A stretch of DNA of 64,000 nucleotides from a virus, in IMG/VR virus record IMGVR_UViG_3300043409_002109, positions 64,001-128,000 of that record; one strand, 5' to 3'. This document shows, piece after piece, positions 1 through 10,303 of this stretch. The notes under the pieces were generated by a model. That model did no database searches. It had not been told where the DNA came from and was given only the letters and a program-made list of their open reading frames with translations. Each line of letters starts with the position of its first letter. The first letter of the stretch is position 1. Position numbers and translations under genes: made by a program.

Positions 1-533
1 TTGTAGCGGGTCCTGCCAATTATGTTAAGCTCACTGCAACATCTTTGTGGGTCGCGCCCTTCGGAACGGGGAATAGAGACAGAATTACATCAGTGTCTCT
101 TCCTTATCTCTATGGCTTCTTTGTCTCTGAGCAAACTAATTCTATTGTTGTTTCTGATTCCGGGGCAGAGTTAGTTCTTGGTACAGATTATCAGCTCTCT
201 TTTGATCGAGGTTCAACTTGGGTCTCGGTTCTGCCTTGGGGGGTAGCTACACTAGGCCAAGAGATGGCTGGTGATGTCTGGGTAAAGTTCCTTTCTCCTG
301 ACTATACTGAGCGCTACTCAGTGGAGTATCCTGTCTTGAAGAACCAATGGCTTGAGCAGACTAAGACTTTCAGGATGAAGAACTATCGGATTACGGTTGC
401 GCCAGAAAAGAAACACAACATATGTTCTCTTAGAAGCGTCTACGTTATCCGAGCGTCGAGCGAAAGCACTTATTACACTCCGGTTATACAGAATTATTCT
501 TTGAACCTGAGAGAGTTGAATGTCAATAAGTAA
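1..533 (+). CDS. Virion structural protein, 5'-partial (frame open from the window edge)
   Basis: Frame is open from nt 3 (VAGPANYVKLTATSLWVAPF...); C-terminal TPVIQNYSL strand resembles the ends of the next two ORFs. Confidence 0.55.
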   Translation, partial: VAGPANYVKLTATSLWVAPFGTGNRDRITSVSLPYLYGFFVSEQTNSIVVSDSGAELVLGTDYQLSFDRGSTWVSVLPWGVATLGQEMAGDVWVKFLSPDYTERYSVEYPVLKNQWLEQTKTFRMKNYRITVAPEKKHNICSLRSVYVIRASSESTYYTPVIQNYSLNLRELNVNK

Positions 534-3477
534 CATAAAGGAACGTCTGAACGATATTGAGATCGCGGGCTTTAAAGCTATACTTCCTCAATATGCATTC
601 CGTCGTCAGCTAGCCTCTACCGCTGAGGCCAGACAGCTGGCCGAGAGCGAAGCTATCGTTTGGATGGAGTCTCTTCTTGAGACCACGACTAGACCCCTGG
701 AAGTGAAGAAGGGCGATGCTCTCTTTGCACAAGACCTGGCTGCGGACTACTCAAGATACTCTAGCCTGAGCACCTTGCTAAGGGCTAACTTCCAGGCGCT
801 CGCTGATCTATATATTGAGTATGAGAACACTAAGAAGCTCAAACTTCTTGAACTGACCGCGAAATTGCGTAGAGTTCATCAAAAGAAATCTTCCTTGTCT
901 CTAGGTAATGAGGAATATAGATACTCTTTAGTTGACTCTTTCCTCAATCAGGATTGGCTTCTTTCGAAGTTTCTTTCCGGGAAGGTCTGCTCGGTCTCTC
1001 CTGAGCAAGGCATAGTAACTCTTCCGGTTTTGTCTCAGACTAATATCCGCATCAAAGGTGTAGTAATAGCTAGTGGCTCAAATGGCCGAGCAGGAAACTC
1101 AGATACGGAAGTTGATGTCAATGTAAGCCAGTCCCTCAATATGCTTGATGGGTCGGATGATAGCTGGTTCGAGTATGAAAGACTTGATACGGGCCCATGT
1201 GAACTCGTATTAAATTTTGAGCTTGAGTCTTCTCAGATAGTAAACTCTATGCAGCTTCTTGGGGCGAACCTTTCTGGACTTTCAAGCTTTGAAATAAAGG
1301 ATATACTTTTTTCTGATGTCGGATTGGATTCGATCAGTGTTAAAGATCTAGTTAATCAAGATCTCCCTCAGTCTTTTTGGACTTGTAATGGAATCTCTGC
1401 AGACGGGACATGGAATGTGGTCTTCCTTCCTGTAAGAGCCCGGACCATCTCCCTTAAGTTAAGCCAGAGGAGTTCAACTCAAATTGTTACCCTCTCCGCT
1501 GATAGCAGAGAGGTCACGCGAGATCGGTATGGTATTGGAATAAAGGAGATTAGAGTATTCCAAAACAAGTATGCGGGGAAGGGTGAGATAGGGAGTACTG
1601 CTCGGGAGTACCCGGCTGGGCTCTATACTGGAATAGCTGAAGCTGAAGTTCATCCACCTAGTCCAGACCTATACGATCTGAACTTTGAGTTTAGCTTGGA
1701 TCGAGGAAGCAGTTGGTCTTCACGACAGAATATAGACAAAGAAAGGTCTAAGACCTTTCTGCTAGATGGCCTTGGTGGAGACTATACTTGGAGAGCGAGC
1801 CTTGAGAGACAAGATGATAGCTTCCAGCACCTTGAGACTATGTTCCAGAAAGAGAAGGCCACCAAAGTAATTGAGAGCTTAGCTAAGACTTTCTCCAGAT
1901 TCAACTCCCCTATGAGTATTGCGCTTAAAGAAAAACCAGCTTTTGACAAAGTGTTTCTTCTTCAGCCTAAGATTGCTAGAAGAGGAGACCGGCTTTCAGC
2001 TACTCCTATCTCAAGAAACTTCGGGGTAACTTCTGCTATAGAGTCTCCAGTAGACTTCCTATCCATGGCAATAGATACAGAGTCATTCCATCTTTATATT
2101 AACGGTTCTGAGTACACCCAGACTGAAGACAATTCTACCATAGAGGCAGGTGAGTGGGCTTTCTCTGATGACTATAGGCAGATGCTTTTAGCCGAAGACC
2201 TCCCCATCAGTAGCCAGGTTAAGTTTGTTCTAGATCCAGAACTCATGTCTTTTAAAGAACGTTCCGATGGTTATTACCATCAGATGGAGTTCCTTTTTGA
2301 TCCGGATAAGAAGAATATCAAGATTACGTTCCTCTCGAAGGACGTGAAGAAGTTGAATAAGCTTCTTCCTCGGGACAAAAGAATCATCCCCCTGGGAGTT
2401 TCCTTTATCGAAAGTGAAAGTGTTGTGTTGACTTCTTCTGATGGGACGGCTCTCGCTTCTGTAGCGAGTAAGGACCTAGTTCTATCTGCAACAGACTTTT
2501 ATATCGACTGTATCAACGGGGTCCTTTACCTTGAGTCTGAATCAGCGAACGATCAGCATCGCATATCTCTTAGGCATCACACGCCAGTAGCTCTAAGCCC
2601 TGAAGACTACAGTGTTGTTTTTGAGAAGATGAAGCCTGTAGGTATCTTGATCCATCGCAATGCTTTTGAAGCAAAAGCCTATACCCAGACTACAGATAAT
2701 GTTACAGAAAAGACCATGGACCTTATCTCTGGTTCATACTCTGAGCGAGACTCTTTGTTCACTGGAACTATTGACGCTTTAACTCTGAACCAATTTCCTA
2801 TCATAGAAGGCAGCGTCTCTGTCGCTTCTGACTTCCTGGAGGACAGTTCTGTGCCAGAGGAAATTCCTTTTCTCGATGGCCACAGTGAGTTCCTTGGACT
2901 TATAGAGATGAAGAAGGAAACTACATCTGCTGCTGCTGCAGATGTCAATGATCTAGTCATATTCAACCTTGCTGCCGGAGCAACATGGTTCTCCGATTAC
3001 CCTGTTGTATTTGATAACACAACCCTCTTCAGTACTCTTGTAGCCACCTTAGGAGATGTAACGACCACTGGTGAGTACTTCGTAAGTACCAGCGGAGAGG
3101 TAACTCTCTTCTGCGCGGCGGGGATACCAGCTTCTACTTATAGCTACTTTTATAGAGACCCTTCTTTTAATCCAGATAGAAAATTTTCTGTTGACTATAA
3201 GAAGGGGCGGGTGTATTCCTTTGCTGCTATCAATAGTAGTTCTTCTATTTCTTATAAGGTTGCGACTTATATCGCATCTTATGATATAGCTTCTCAGATT
3301 GATGACTTCACTTATGATAGCAAAACTAATACGGTTTCCGTCCGGACAGAGAATCTAAAAGATTTTAATAGTTCTATCAAAGTGTTCTGGGAGAAAATAG
3401 ATAAAGCTCAGAATCTTGAACAACTAAGAGAGTTCTTCTCTCCTCTGTTAACTGCTATGAAGATAAGGTTTGCCTAA
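520..3477 (+). CDS. Large virion structural protein (baseplate/tail-associated, jumbo-phage type)
   Basis: 985 aa, N-terminal coiled coil then beta-rich S/T/D-rich domains; in the + strand structural cluster. Confidence 0.55.
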   Translation: MSISNIKERLNDIEIAGFKAILPQYAFRRQLASTAEARQLAESEAIVWMESLLETTTRPLEVKKGDALFAQDLAADYSRYSSLSTLLRANFQALADLYIEYENTKKLKLLELTAKLRRVHQKKSSLSLGNEEYRYSLVDSFLNQDWLLSKFLSGKVCSVSPEQGIVTLPVLSQTNIRIKGVVIASGSNGRAGNSDTEVDVNVSQSLNMLDGSDDSWFEYERLDTGPCELVLNFELESSQIVNSMQLLGANLSGLSSFEIKDILFSDVGLDSISVKDLVNQDLPQSFWTCNGISADGTWNVVFLPVRARTISLKLSQRSSTQIVTLSADSREVTRDRYGIGIKEIRVFQNKYAGKGEIGSTAREYPAGLYTGIAEAEVHPPSPDLYDLNFEFSLDRGSSWSSRQNIDKERSKTFLLDGLGGDYTWRASLERQDDSFQHLETMFQKEKATKVIESLAKTFSRFNSPMSIALKEKPAFDKVFLLQPKIARRGDRLSATPISRNFGVTSAIESPVDFLSMAIDTESFHLYINGSEYTQTEDNSTIEAGEWAFSDDYRQMLLAEDLPISSQVKFVLDPELMSFKERSDGYYHQMEFLFDPDKKNIKITFLSKDVKKLNKLLPRDKRIIPLGVSFIESESVVLTSSDGTALASVASKDLVLSATDFYIDCINGVLYLESESANDQHRISLRHHTPVALSPEDYSVVFEKMKPVGILIHRNAFEAKAYTQTTDNVTEKTMDLISGSYSERDSLFTGTIDALTLNQFPIIEGSVSVASDFLEDSSVPEEIPFLDGHSEFLGLIEMKKETTSAAAADVNDLVIFNLAAGATWFSDYPVVFDNTTLFSTLVATLGDVTTTGEYFVSTSGEVTLFCAAGIPASTYSYFYRDPSFNPDRKFSVDYKKGRVYSFAAINSSSSISYKVATYIASYDIASQIDDFTYDSKTNTVSVRTENLKDFNSSIKVFWEKIDKAQNLEQLREFFSPLLTAMKIRFA

Positions 3478-5490
3478 ATGAAGATATCGAAAGAGTACAG
3501 AGACGCTATAAAAAGGCGGATAGTAGTAGATTTCATAAAGGACCAGCAACGCTCGCCTACCCCGTCTGAGTTATTAGAGCTTTTAAATACAGCTTATAAA
3601 AAGTATGAGGCTATAGATGAGGTCGGTTTCTGTGGGTTCGATTTAGAAAGACCGAGTTATAGTGACAGTAGTTCTGCTGCTTTAGAGATGCTCAATAAAG
3701 AGACTATGGCTAGAGACCAGGAAGTGCTTCAGGCGCGATTAAAGAGCCTGTCTTCTTCTATGGAAGAGTCATTTCGCTCTTTCATCTCATCTATAAATAG
3801 AAACTATAAGTATCTAACCAAGATTGAAAGTCGGGTAGATTCTTTATTACTACTTAACGGGCAGAGTGATATCTTCCTCAATGGGATAGAAGAGACTTTT
3901 GACAATCATCAACATGTAGATTATGAACTGACAGATGCTACAGTCGCTGACGGCTATGTTACGATTGGGCGTGGCGGTTATCGCCTAGCAGATCTAACTA
4001 CCGCCAACCTAAAGCATATGGTTATTGCCCCTCAAGGTATTCTTTCTAAAAGGATTAGCTCTTCCATCGATAGCCTGATAGAGGATGATGGGAAGTTCTG
4101 GGAGTACATACTTTATACTGATTATGAGACAGGAAGAATCTCTCTCGTTCTTGAGATAGAGTTCCAAGAGCCTACGTATGTTTCTGATATCAGACTAGGT
4201 ATCGCACCGTCTTCTGTCTCGAAACAAATGACGGCAAATTTTTTTGCATCTTTAGATGGGAAAGTATTTAACCTTATAGGTGATCCTGAGTTACCTATAA
4301 CTCAACAGTCTTTTCTGTTGAATGTAGGGTTAGATGAAGTTAAGAAGCTTCAAATTCTCTTATCTAAGGATGCATTTGATACGAAGAGCGCTGATAATAA
4401 GCAGAATGTCTATACGTTCTCTTTAGATTCGCTTAAGCTGTATACAGACCCTTATAAGAACTTGGTCTCGACTGTTGTCTGCGGCCCTTATCCGGTAATA
4501 GACGCAGAAGATTCAGAAATCAATTTCACTAAAGCTAAGCTTTCTGCTTGTACTATAGAGCCAATCGGAACCTCTATAGATTTTTATTTATCAAATGACG
4601 GTGAGACCTGGACACATGCTTCTCACGATAATAGTTCTAGCAATCTAGTCTTGTTTGGAACTTCTGAAGTAGGCAACTCTATTGGCTATATAGACGGGGC
4701 AGTAACTGCTGGAGTCTTAGTCGAATCATCCGATGATGTTGAGGCGCTAGAGTTTGCTACAGAAGCACTTCTAAACGGCTATATTACTGGCTCGGCGGCA
4801 GCAGAGGTAGCAATTGAAACCATAGTCCTAAAGCGCAATATAAATACAGACTATGATTCTTCTACTGTGCTCTCAGCTGAACGAGGGTGGAAGCTTGATA
4901 CTAAGACTAACCGATACAGTACTACTATTTACATCGACGCCCTAGAGGGGAGGTCAATAGATTTTGGTCCGAAACCGGTTCTTATAAATGGTAGAGAGTG
5001 CACCGGATTAATCAAGCTGAATCAGGGGTACTCTGTTGTTGAAGTTTCTGATGCTAGTTTCGGGATAGTTATTGGAGGGCTGACTACACTAGCAGAGCTG
5101 AAGACTGCGGACCCCCTCTATCCATACAATCATAAACTCCTTATCTCTGGGTATGATTACCCAGGTTCTTTCTCAGAGGATAGGGTATATCTTGGAGCTG
5201 ACGAATTCTTCGCAACGAAGATGCGGTATATAGCTCCAGACTTTTTTGCTTTCATAGAGCCTACTGAAAAAAACTATTATGATGTTTTTACTCTGGAGGA
5301 TGTAGATGGTACACTCTATTTCAAAGTAAAAGTAAATAAAACTGATGCCTCTTGGTCTGAAGAACTTTTCAGCATGACCTGGCTAAGACAAACTACTAAT
5401 ACAAATCAATTATGGGTTAAGGCGCTATTGTCTACGGACAGTGTACAAAACTCTCCTAAGTTAGAATCTTTTTCTGTTCAAGTGATATAG
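3478..5490 (+). CDS. Virion structural protein, probable paralogue of 520..3477
   Basis: 670 aa with the same layout (coiled coil, FxN motif, W/FEY, C-terminal SPxL strand); TAA-ATG abutting junction. Confidence 0.55.
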   Translation: MKISKEYRDAIKRRIVVDFIKDQQRSPTPSELLELLNTAYKKYEAIDEVGFCGFDLERPSYSDSSSAALEMLNKETMARDQEVLQARLKSLSSSMEESFRSFISSINRNYKYLTKIESRVDSLLLLNGQSDIFLNGIEETFDNHQHVDYELTDATVADGYVTIGRGGYRLADLTTANLKHMVIAPQGILSKRISSSIDSLIEDDGKFWEYILYTDYETGRISLVLEIEFQEPTYVSDIRLGIAPSSVSKQMTANFFASLDGKVFNLIGDPELPITQQSFLLNVGLDEVKKLQILLSKDAFDTKSADNKQNVYTFSLDSLKLYTDPYKNLVSTVVCGPYPVIDAEDSEINFTKAKLSACTIEPIGTSIDFYLSNDGETWTHASHDNSSSNLVLFGTSEVGNSIGYIDGAVTAGVLVESSDDVEALEFATEALLNGYITGSAAAEVAIETIVLKRNINTDYDSSTVLSAERGWKLDTKTNRYSTTIYIDALEGRSIDFGPKPVLINGRECTGLIKLNQGYSVVEVSDASFGIVIGGLTTLAELKTADPLYPYNHKLLISGYDYPGSFSEDRVYLGADEFFATKMRYIAPDFFAFIEPTEKNYYDVFTLEDVDGTLYFKVKVNKTDASWSEELFSMTWLRQTTNTNQLWVKALLSTDSVQNSPKLESFSVQVI

Positions 5491-5499
5491 GTGATATAA

Positions 5500-6990
5500 A
5501 TGGCTATTCTTTCCGAGCAACTTCAGACTCTTGTGCAACGGGTAGGCGCGAATGCAGGAAAGCTTCGTACAGAGACTGAACGTGCCGCCTTTGTATCTAA
5601 TGTAAGAGCAGACTTATCTAATATCATCAGTATGTACAACGATATTATTACGCCTATTCTTTCTACTTTGCCTGAGGAAGTTCTAACTGCCGGGCTGAAT
5701 GGCGCGCATCTACCTACTTACTATGAAGCTACAGCAGCAGATTCTGCAGCCTTTTACTCTTCCAGCTTAGGAAGAGCCCTAACCGTAAAGGAGAGTATAG
5801 ACGTTTTAATATCAGAGATAAGTCGTATCGAGAATGAAATAGGTAGTATAGATGAGGCTGCAGTCTACGATGATTCGGCTTTAGTGTCTGCTGTTAATAC
5901 TCTAGAGCAGGATATAACTCAGTTAACAGAAGATATTATGGGAGCAAACTATACCCTAGATGGCGATGGAAGTCCTAATCTAAGCTATCCTCTTTCTCAG
6001 ATTGTTGATGCCCTCGGGGCTTTCTTTGCTGGTTACACTCCTACGGGGAACACTTATTCTGGATCTTATCCTGCTATTAGTTTCTCTGGAGGAACTCTTC
6101 AGGGGGCCTATACTGCTGGTACAACCGGAGCAGGGGACGTAGAGCTAGAGAATGCCAAGGGGCATATAGTAATAAAGGATGACCCCATTACCCCGATTGA
6201 AGTTTATCTAGAGTGGCAAGATGATGGAGCAGTTTCCTTAGGCGAGATCGGCGCAGATGGCATATATCTGAAGACTGACGCTGGAGCTTATAAGCTAACC
6301 AAGACTGCCGCAGCCCCAGCTGCAGCGGCGAATACTGGTGCGATCATTGTCATGGATGATGCTGTGACTAGTGATGCTGAGTTGCACTATCGGAATGACG
6401 AAGCGGCAGATGACCCTGCTCAGATAACTAGAGCTGGTCGAGTCAAAGAGCTTGAAATGGGATCTGAGTGGGTAACCCCAGTGGCAATGATCCAGACCTC
6501 TGCGCCTCCGACTCGTAATAATATTGTCTTAGGTGTAGCCCCTAACACTGATATGGAATATGCTGCTGTGCAGCTTCCTGATGCAGCCAACACCCTTCTC
6601 TACGTTACCACCTCCATGCCTGTCGATGAGGATGGATTAAATCCTGGTAGTGCTTTTATCCAAGTATTCTCTGCTCCGACTACGAACCCTGGGGCAGGAC
6701 CGTATACGTACGAATTAGTGTTACATGCTAATGACACTGGAACGTCTCCTATTGTTGCAGCAGGAGGTACGCTTATACCTACGGTATGGTCTTCTCTTGG
6801 AATAAGCGCGTCTCCGGCAATAGCTATGCCGGCTAATCTTAATCGACTAGACGAGCATCATTGGACTCTTCCACTCTCTGACATGGCAGGGGTACTCCCC
6901 CTTAAGATTGAGCGGAATACGGCTTCCGGCGGGGACACCTACGTAGGAACAGTTTCTATTATTGGAATGAAAATTACTTGGTATCGCTAA
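5500..6990 (+). CDS. Virion structural / fibre-like protein
   Basis: 496 aa, helical N-terminus then A/G/T-rich beta region. Confidence 0.5.
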   Translation: MAILSEQLQTLVQRVGANAGKLRTETERAAFVSNVRADLSNIISMYNDIITPILSTLPEEVLTAGLNGAHLPTYYEATAADSAAFYSSSLGRALTVKESIDVLISEISRIENEIGSIDEAAVYDDSALVSAVNTLEQDITQLTEDIMGANYTLDGDGSPNLSYPLSQIVDALGAFFAGYTPTGNTYSGSYPAISFSGGTLQGAYTAGTTGAGDVELENAKGHIVIKDDPITPIEVYLEWQDDGAVSLGEIGADGIYLKTDAGAYKLTKTAAAPAAAANTGAIIVMDDAVTSDAELHYRNDEAADDPAQITRAGRVKELEMGSEWVTPVAMIQTSAPPTRNNIVLGVAPNTDMEYAAVQLPDAANTLLYVTTSMPVDEDGLNPGSAFIQVFSAPTTNPGAGPYTYELVLHANDTGTSPIVAAGGTLIPTVWSSLGISASPAIAMPANLNRLDEHHWTLPLSDMAGVLPLKIERNTASGGDTYVGTVSIIGMKITWYR

Positions 6991-7755
6991 GTGTACAATT
7001 ATCTTCTGGGTAACCCTGAGGCTAATTGTCTTGTAGTTAAGAGAGGAGGAGGTCTGGGAGATTCTCTGATGTTAGAGTTCTCTATCGGCTTTCTCAGGCA
7101 GCAGTTTCCAGAGGCTAAGGTAACTGTAGCCTATGGTACGGAGAAAGAGGCCGCCTACTTCAGCGGGAGTCTTGCTGATTACCTGGACCCCAGAGATTTT
7201 GATAAAGTGGTTGACGTTAGCTCTTGCTCTGTGGCTTATGAGCGGCCGGGCTCCCTCATCAAGAACAGAATAGACATCTATAAGAATAGATTGTCGTGCC
7301 CTGGGATTCTTTATCCGCAGCTGAAGCAGAAAGAAACTGCTTGCCCCTCTGAATTTATCACTGTGCACTGTACTTCTGAAGATCCTAATCGCTCTTGGCC
7401 ATTATCTAATGTGGTTAATCTTAGCAAGGTCTTTTCTGACGAGCGGTTCAAAGTTCTGGATACGGGGTACTCTCTTGAAGAGGCCGCGTATTTGATAAAT
7501 AAATCTAAACTTTTTATTGGTGTCGATTCCCTGTTCATGCATATGGCTGGGATACTAGGGCGTCGCGCCATAGTACTCTTTGGACCTTCTGTTCCTTCTT
7601 CAAGGCTTGCATATTACCCTACCCATACACCTCTATATGATCCTTCCTGTCGGCATTGTTGGCATCAAGAATGCTTGCTAAAAAGAAGCTGTATGAATAG
7701 AATCCCTTTAGATACCGTTAGTGCTCAGCTTGAAAAGATTCTTGCTGAGATTTAA
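6991..7755 (+). CDS. Glycosyltransferase family 9 (heptosyltransferase-like)
   Basis: GGLGD, RSWP, IGVDSLFMHMA, VLFGPS and C-terminal CxxC..C..CM motifs typical of GT9. Confidence 0.85.
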   Translation: MYNYLLGNPEANCLVVKRGGGLGDSLMLEFSIGFLRQQFPEAKVTVAYGTEKEAAYFSGSLADYLDPRDFDKVVDVSSCSVAYERPGSLIKNRIDIYKNRLSCPGILYPQLKQKETACPSEFITVHCTSEDPNRSWPLSNVVNLSKVFSDERFKVLDTGYSLEEAAYLINKSKLFIGVDSLFMHMAGILGRRAIVLFGPSVPSSRLAYYPTHTPLYDPSCRHCWHQECLLKRSCMNRIPLDTVSAQLEKILAEI

Positions 7756-7773
7756 TTATCTTAAGGAGTTTTT

Positions 7774-8229
7774 ATGTCGGAGGGAAGTAAGTTATTAGAG
7801 CTGGAGATGGAGATGCTGGATATTACTCGCCGGCTGGATAGACTCTCGGGAGATTATTCTAATATGAGTTCTAGTCTCAAAACAATTCAAGATGATCTGG
7901 GCTTAGTGAAGGGAAATTTAAATAGATTCTTTGAACATGAGTGGCCGGCAGTAGACAAAGCTATTACTCAAACCAATAGACAGCTTGGAGATATGGCAGA
8001 AGCTGCTGTAGCTGAAAGAATAAAGGCCGCTGTTCATGCTGTTCAGCTAGTCTATGAGAGCAAAGAGCGGGAAAAGGAAAGTCTCTTCTTCAAGCAAGAG
8101 ATTGCAAAAAATAAAGCCGAGATGGAAAGGCAAAAGAATACCATAATCAAAATTGCTTTGATTGCACTTGCCAGTGGTGGTGCGGGATCGGCAGTAATAC
8201 AGGGGCTTAGCGCCTTATTAGGTGGATAA
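7774..8229 (+). CDS. Coiled-coil protein with C-terminal hydrophobic segment (possible holin/lysis accessory)
   Basis: AAGGAG RBS; heptad-rich; hydrophobic IIKIALIALASGGAGSAVI tail. Confidence 0.45.
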   Translation: MSEGSKLLELEMEMLDITRRLDRLSGDYSNMSSSLKTIQDDLGLVKGNLNRFFEHEWPAVDKAITQTNRQLGDMAEAAVAERIKAAVHAVQLVYESKEREKESLFFKQEIAKNKAEMERQKNTIIKIALIALASGGAGSAVIQGLSALLGG

Positions 8230-8457
8230 ATGGCAGTTACTGATAGTCAATACGCTTCTCTTCTATCTCGACTTACGAAGATAGAACGTGTTATGAATGA
8301 CCTAATCACTGCTCAAGGCAATCTCGTGTCAGCATTACAGGTCAATGAAGTATTCACTGTGCTTCAGCAAGAGATGGATTCACTTAGTTCTGATGTGGAG
8401 GCTCTAACTAGTCGAGTGGAGACCATCGAGAATGAGCCTTACGATGAGAATGGGTAG
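8230..8457 (+). CDS. Small coiled-coil protein
   Basis: 75 aa heptad pattern; last gene before the convergent hairpin. Confidence 0.6.
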   Translation: MAVTDSQYASLLSRLTKIERVMNDLITAQGNLVSALQVNEVFTVLQQEMDSLSSDVEALTSRVETIENEPYDENG

Positions 8458-8470
8458 GGCGGAAAAAGAG

Positions 8471-8492
8471 AAGGGCGCCGTGAGGCGCCCTT
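8471..8492. terminator. Probable bidirectional intrinsic terminator
   Basis: AAGGGCGCC-GTGA-GGCGCCCTT between convergent genes, flanked by A and T runs. Confidence 0.75.
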
Positions 8493-8511
8493 TAGCTTAG
8501 TAGCTTAAAGG

Positions 8512-8754
8512 CTACTCTTCCGGATTCCTGATAAAGGAAACAGCTGCTGGAAGTTTTGGGTTGGAAGCTTTGTATCTCTTCTCTACTGAACTCAATAGGG
8601 TTGGATTAGCCACTCTGCTTGCTGTCTCTAAGCTCGTAATTCGAGATTCGAGTTTAGATATTACACTTCTGAGAGTTTTGTTTTCTGCGTGGAGAACTTC
8701 TATCTCGGTAAAGATAGCATCTATATCTGCATCATTAACTGCGGTAGACGGCAT
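8512..8754 (-). CDS. Hypothetical coiled-coil protein
   Basis: Packed ORF in the - strand operon. Confidence 0.55.
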   Translation of the reverse strand: MPSTAVNDADIDAIFTEIEVLHAENKTLRSVISKLESRITSLETASRVANPTLLSSVEKRYKASNPKLPAAVSFIRNPEE

Positions 8755-9265
8755 ATTCGCCTTTGGCTCTGTAGTTAGGTAGGAATTCTACATAAGGCTC
8801 CCAGTCTGCGGACTCTATTCCAAAAGAGTTAGACTCATCAGTTGTTACGCTGATACCGGTTTTGGTGACATCTACTGCTACAACGTTGTTATGATCGAAG
8901 ATTATATCGGCAATTTTCTCAGCTAAGAAATATTTTCTAGCTGGATGTATCTGCCAGATAGGAGAACCGTCTGGGGTCGCATCGAAGTCTACAACCTTAG
9001 AGGTTCTAGTTTTCATTTTATGAGCTGGGTTTGCAAAGCCTACCCGTACTTCATTGAAGAAGCGGGTATGCCGAAGCCACGTATACACAGCCTCTACGAG
9101 GTGCTCTTTAGTCTGGATTGATCCAGTATCTTTCTTCATCATATCTCGACCGCCTGGGATCAGGAATTTCTGACGCCGTTTGGGAGAAGGTAATGTCTTC
9201 TTTACTAAGGCCTGCTGATGCTGTATGCCGGAGTCTTTGGCTATGTCGTGTTTAGTCGCTTCCAT
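8735..9265 (-). CDS. Hypothetical protein
   Basis: Packed ORF overlapping both neighbours. Confidence 0.6.
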   Translation of the reverse strand: MEATKHDIAKDSGIQHQQALVKKTLPSPKRRQKFLIPGGRDMMKKDTGSIQTKEHLVEAVYTWLRHTRFFNEVRVGFANPAHKMKTRTSKVVDFDATPDGSPIWQIHPARKYFLAEKIADIIFDHNNVVAVDVTKTGISVTTDESNSFGIESADWEPYVEFLPNYRAKGEYAVYRS

Positions 9266-9918
9266 AGTTCTTGTTGCTCTTGTCTTATGATGTGTTGAGG
9301 GTAGTGAGAGTACGTCATCATCTCTTCTCTGTTGTATCCTCTCTTGTACATTTCGAAGATATAACTGTTCCAGGATGACAAGCCTAGATTCTCTATGAGT
9401 AGTGTATCTACCTCAGAGTCTATCCACGGCTGTGTATACTCTTCTATATCCACCACAGGAACGTAGTCAACCTTAGAGTTGGTCTGGGTTATAAGATTCC
9501 TAATTTTATATCTATAAAGCGTTGCTACTACCTGTGCGCAGCACCTGGGGTTTAAAAATCCCATTTTAGCAATCCAGTATTTGGATCTAACTAATTCTAT
9601 TAATAACACTTCTAGTTCTTCTTTCAGGGTGCCACCGGAGTTATCTATCTGTTTAAGCCAATACTCTATTAGCCCTCTTGGTTCTCCTGCGGGCTCAAGG
9701 CTCATCAGAAGGAACTGAGTTTGATGTCGAGGAAAAGGCTGAGCTATTTCTAGCTCAGCCTTCCACTCTTCTAGCCATGGGTCACAAAGGAAAAGCATGT
9801 AAGACAAATCTTTTGCTTTGTCTTCTTTTAGTTTTGTCCATTCTTCCTGCAGGTCTAAATAAGAACCGTTAAGAGGAATGATCTTCTTCGGATACTTCCT
9901 TTGTAAATATTGATGCAT
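9241..9918 (-). CDS. Putative divergent sigma70-family / HTH transcription factor
   Basis: C-terminal LSSWNSYIFEMYKRGYNREEM...ELWKRL resembles sigma region 4; LKEELEVLLIEL...RYKIRNLI resembles region 2. Confidence 0.35.
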   Translation of the reverse strand: MHQYLQRKYPKKIIPLNGSYLDLQEEWTKLKEDKAKDLSYMLFLCDPWLEEWKAELEIAQPFPRHQTQFLLMSLEPAGEPRGLIEYWLKQIDNSGGTLKEELEVLLIELVRSKYWIAKMGFLNPRCCAQVVATLYRYKIRNLITQTNSKVDYVPVVDIEEYTQPWIDSEVDTLLIENLGLSSWNSYIFEMYKRGYNREEMMTYSHYPQHIIRQEQQELWKRLNTT

Positions 9919-10303
9919 CGAAACTCTTGGTATCTCCCTTTTCTAATCTAGAAGCTACATAGAGATTGAACAATACGATCCAATCTCTATATGGCATAGT
10001 CACTAACATTTCTTCTCGATCATCTTTAGTAATTACTACTAAAGAACGGTCCTGTAAAGAAGTTTTAATATCATGCTTACCTTGACGTATTGCTTCTTTA
10101 ATGTTGCAACGTATCTGGCGTTTGCATTCGATATGTATGTCCTCTAACAGGGGAGAGTAGACATCGGCGTTCTCAGAGCCACCGGCACGAGCTTGACCCA
10201 GCCCTCTTTTGAAGGGAATGTTTGTGTTTTCGGTTAATAGGTTGGCCACTTCTCTTTCGAAATTATGGCCTTTTAACCTTGCTCCTTTTCCTGGGGAAGC
10301 CAT
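9869..10303 (-). CDS. Holliday junction resolvase, Hjc-like PD-(D/E)XK
   Basis: KGxxFERE...ADV...IECKR motifs. Confidence 0.8.
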   Translation of the reverse strand: MASPGKGARLKGHNFEREVANLLTENTNIPFKRGLGQARAGGSENADVYSPLLEDIHIECKRQIRCNIKEAIRQGKHDIKTSLQDRSLVVITKDDREEMLVTMPYRDWIVLFNLYVASRLEKGDTKSFDASIFTKEVSEEDHSS

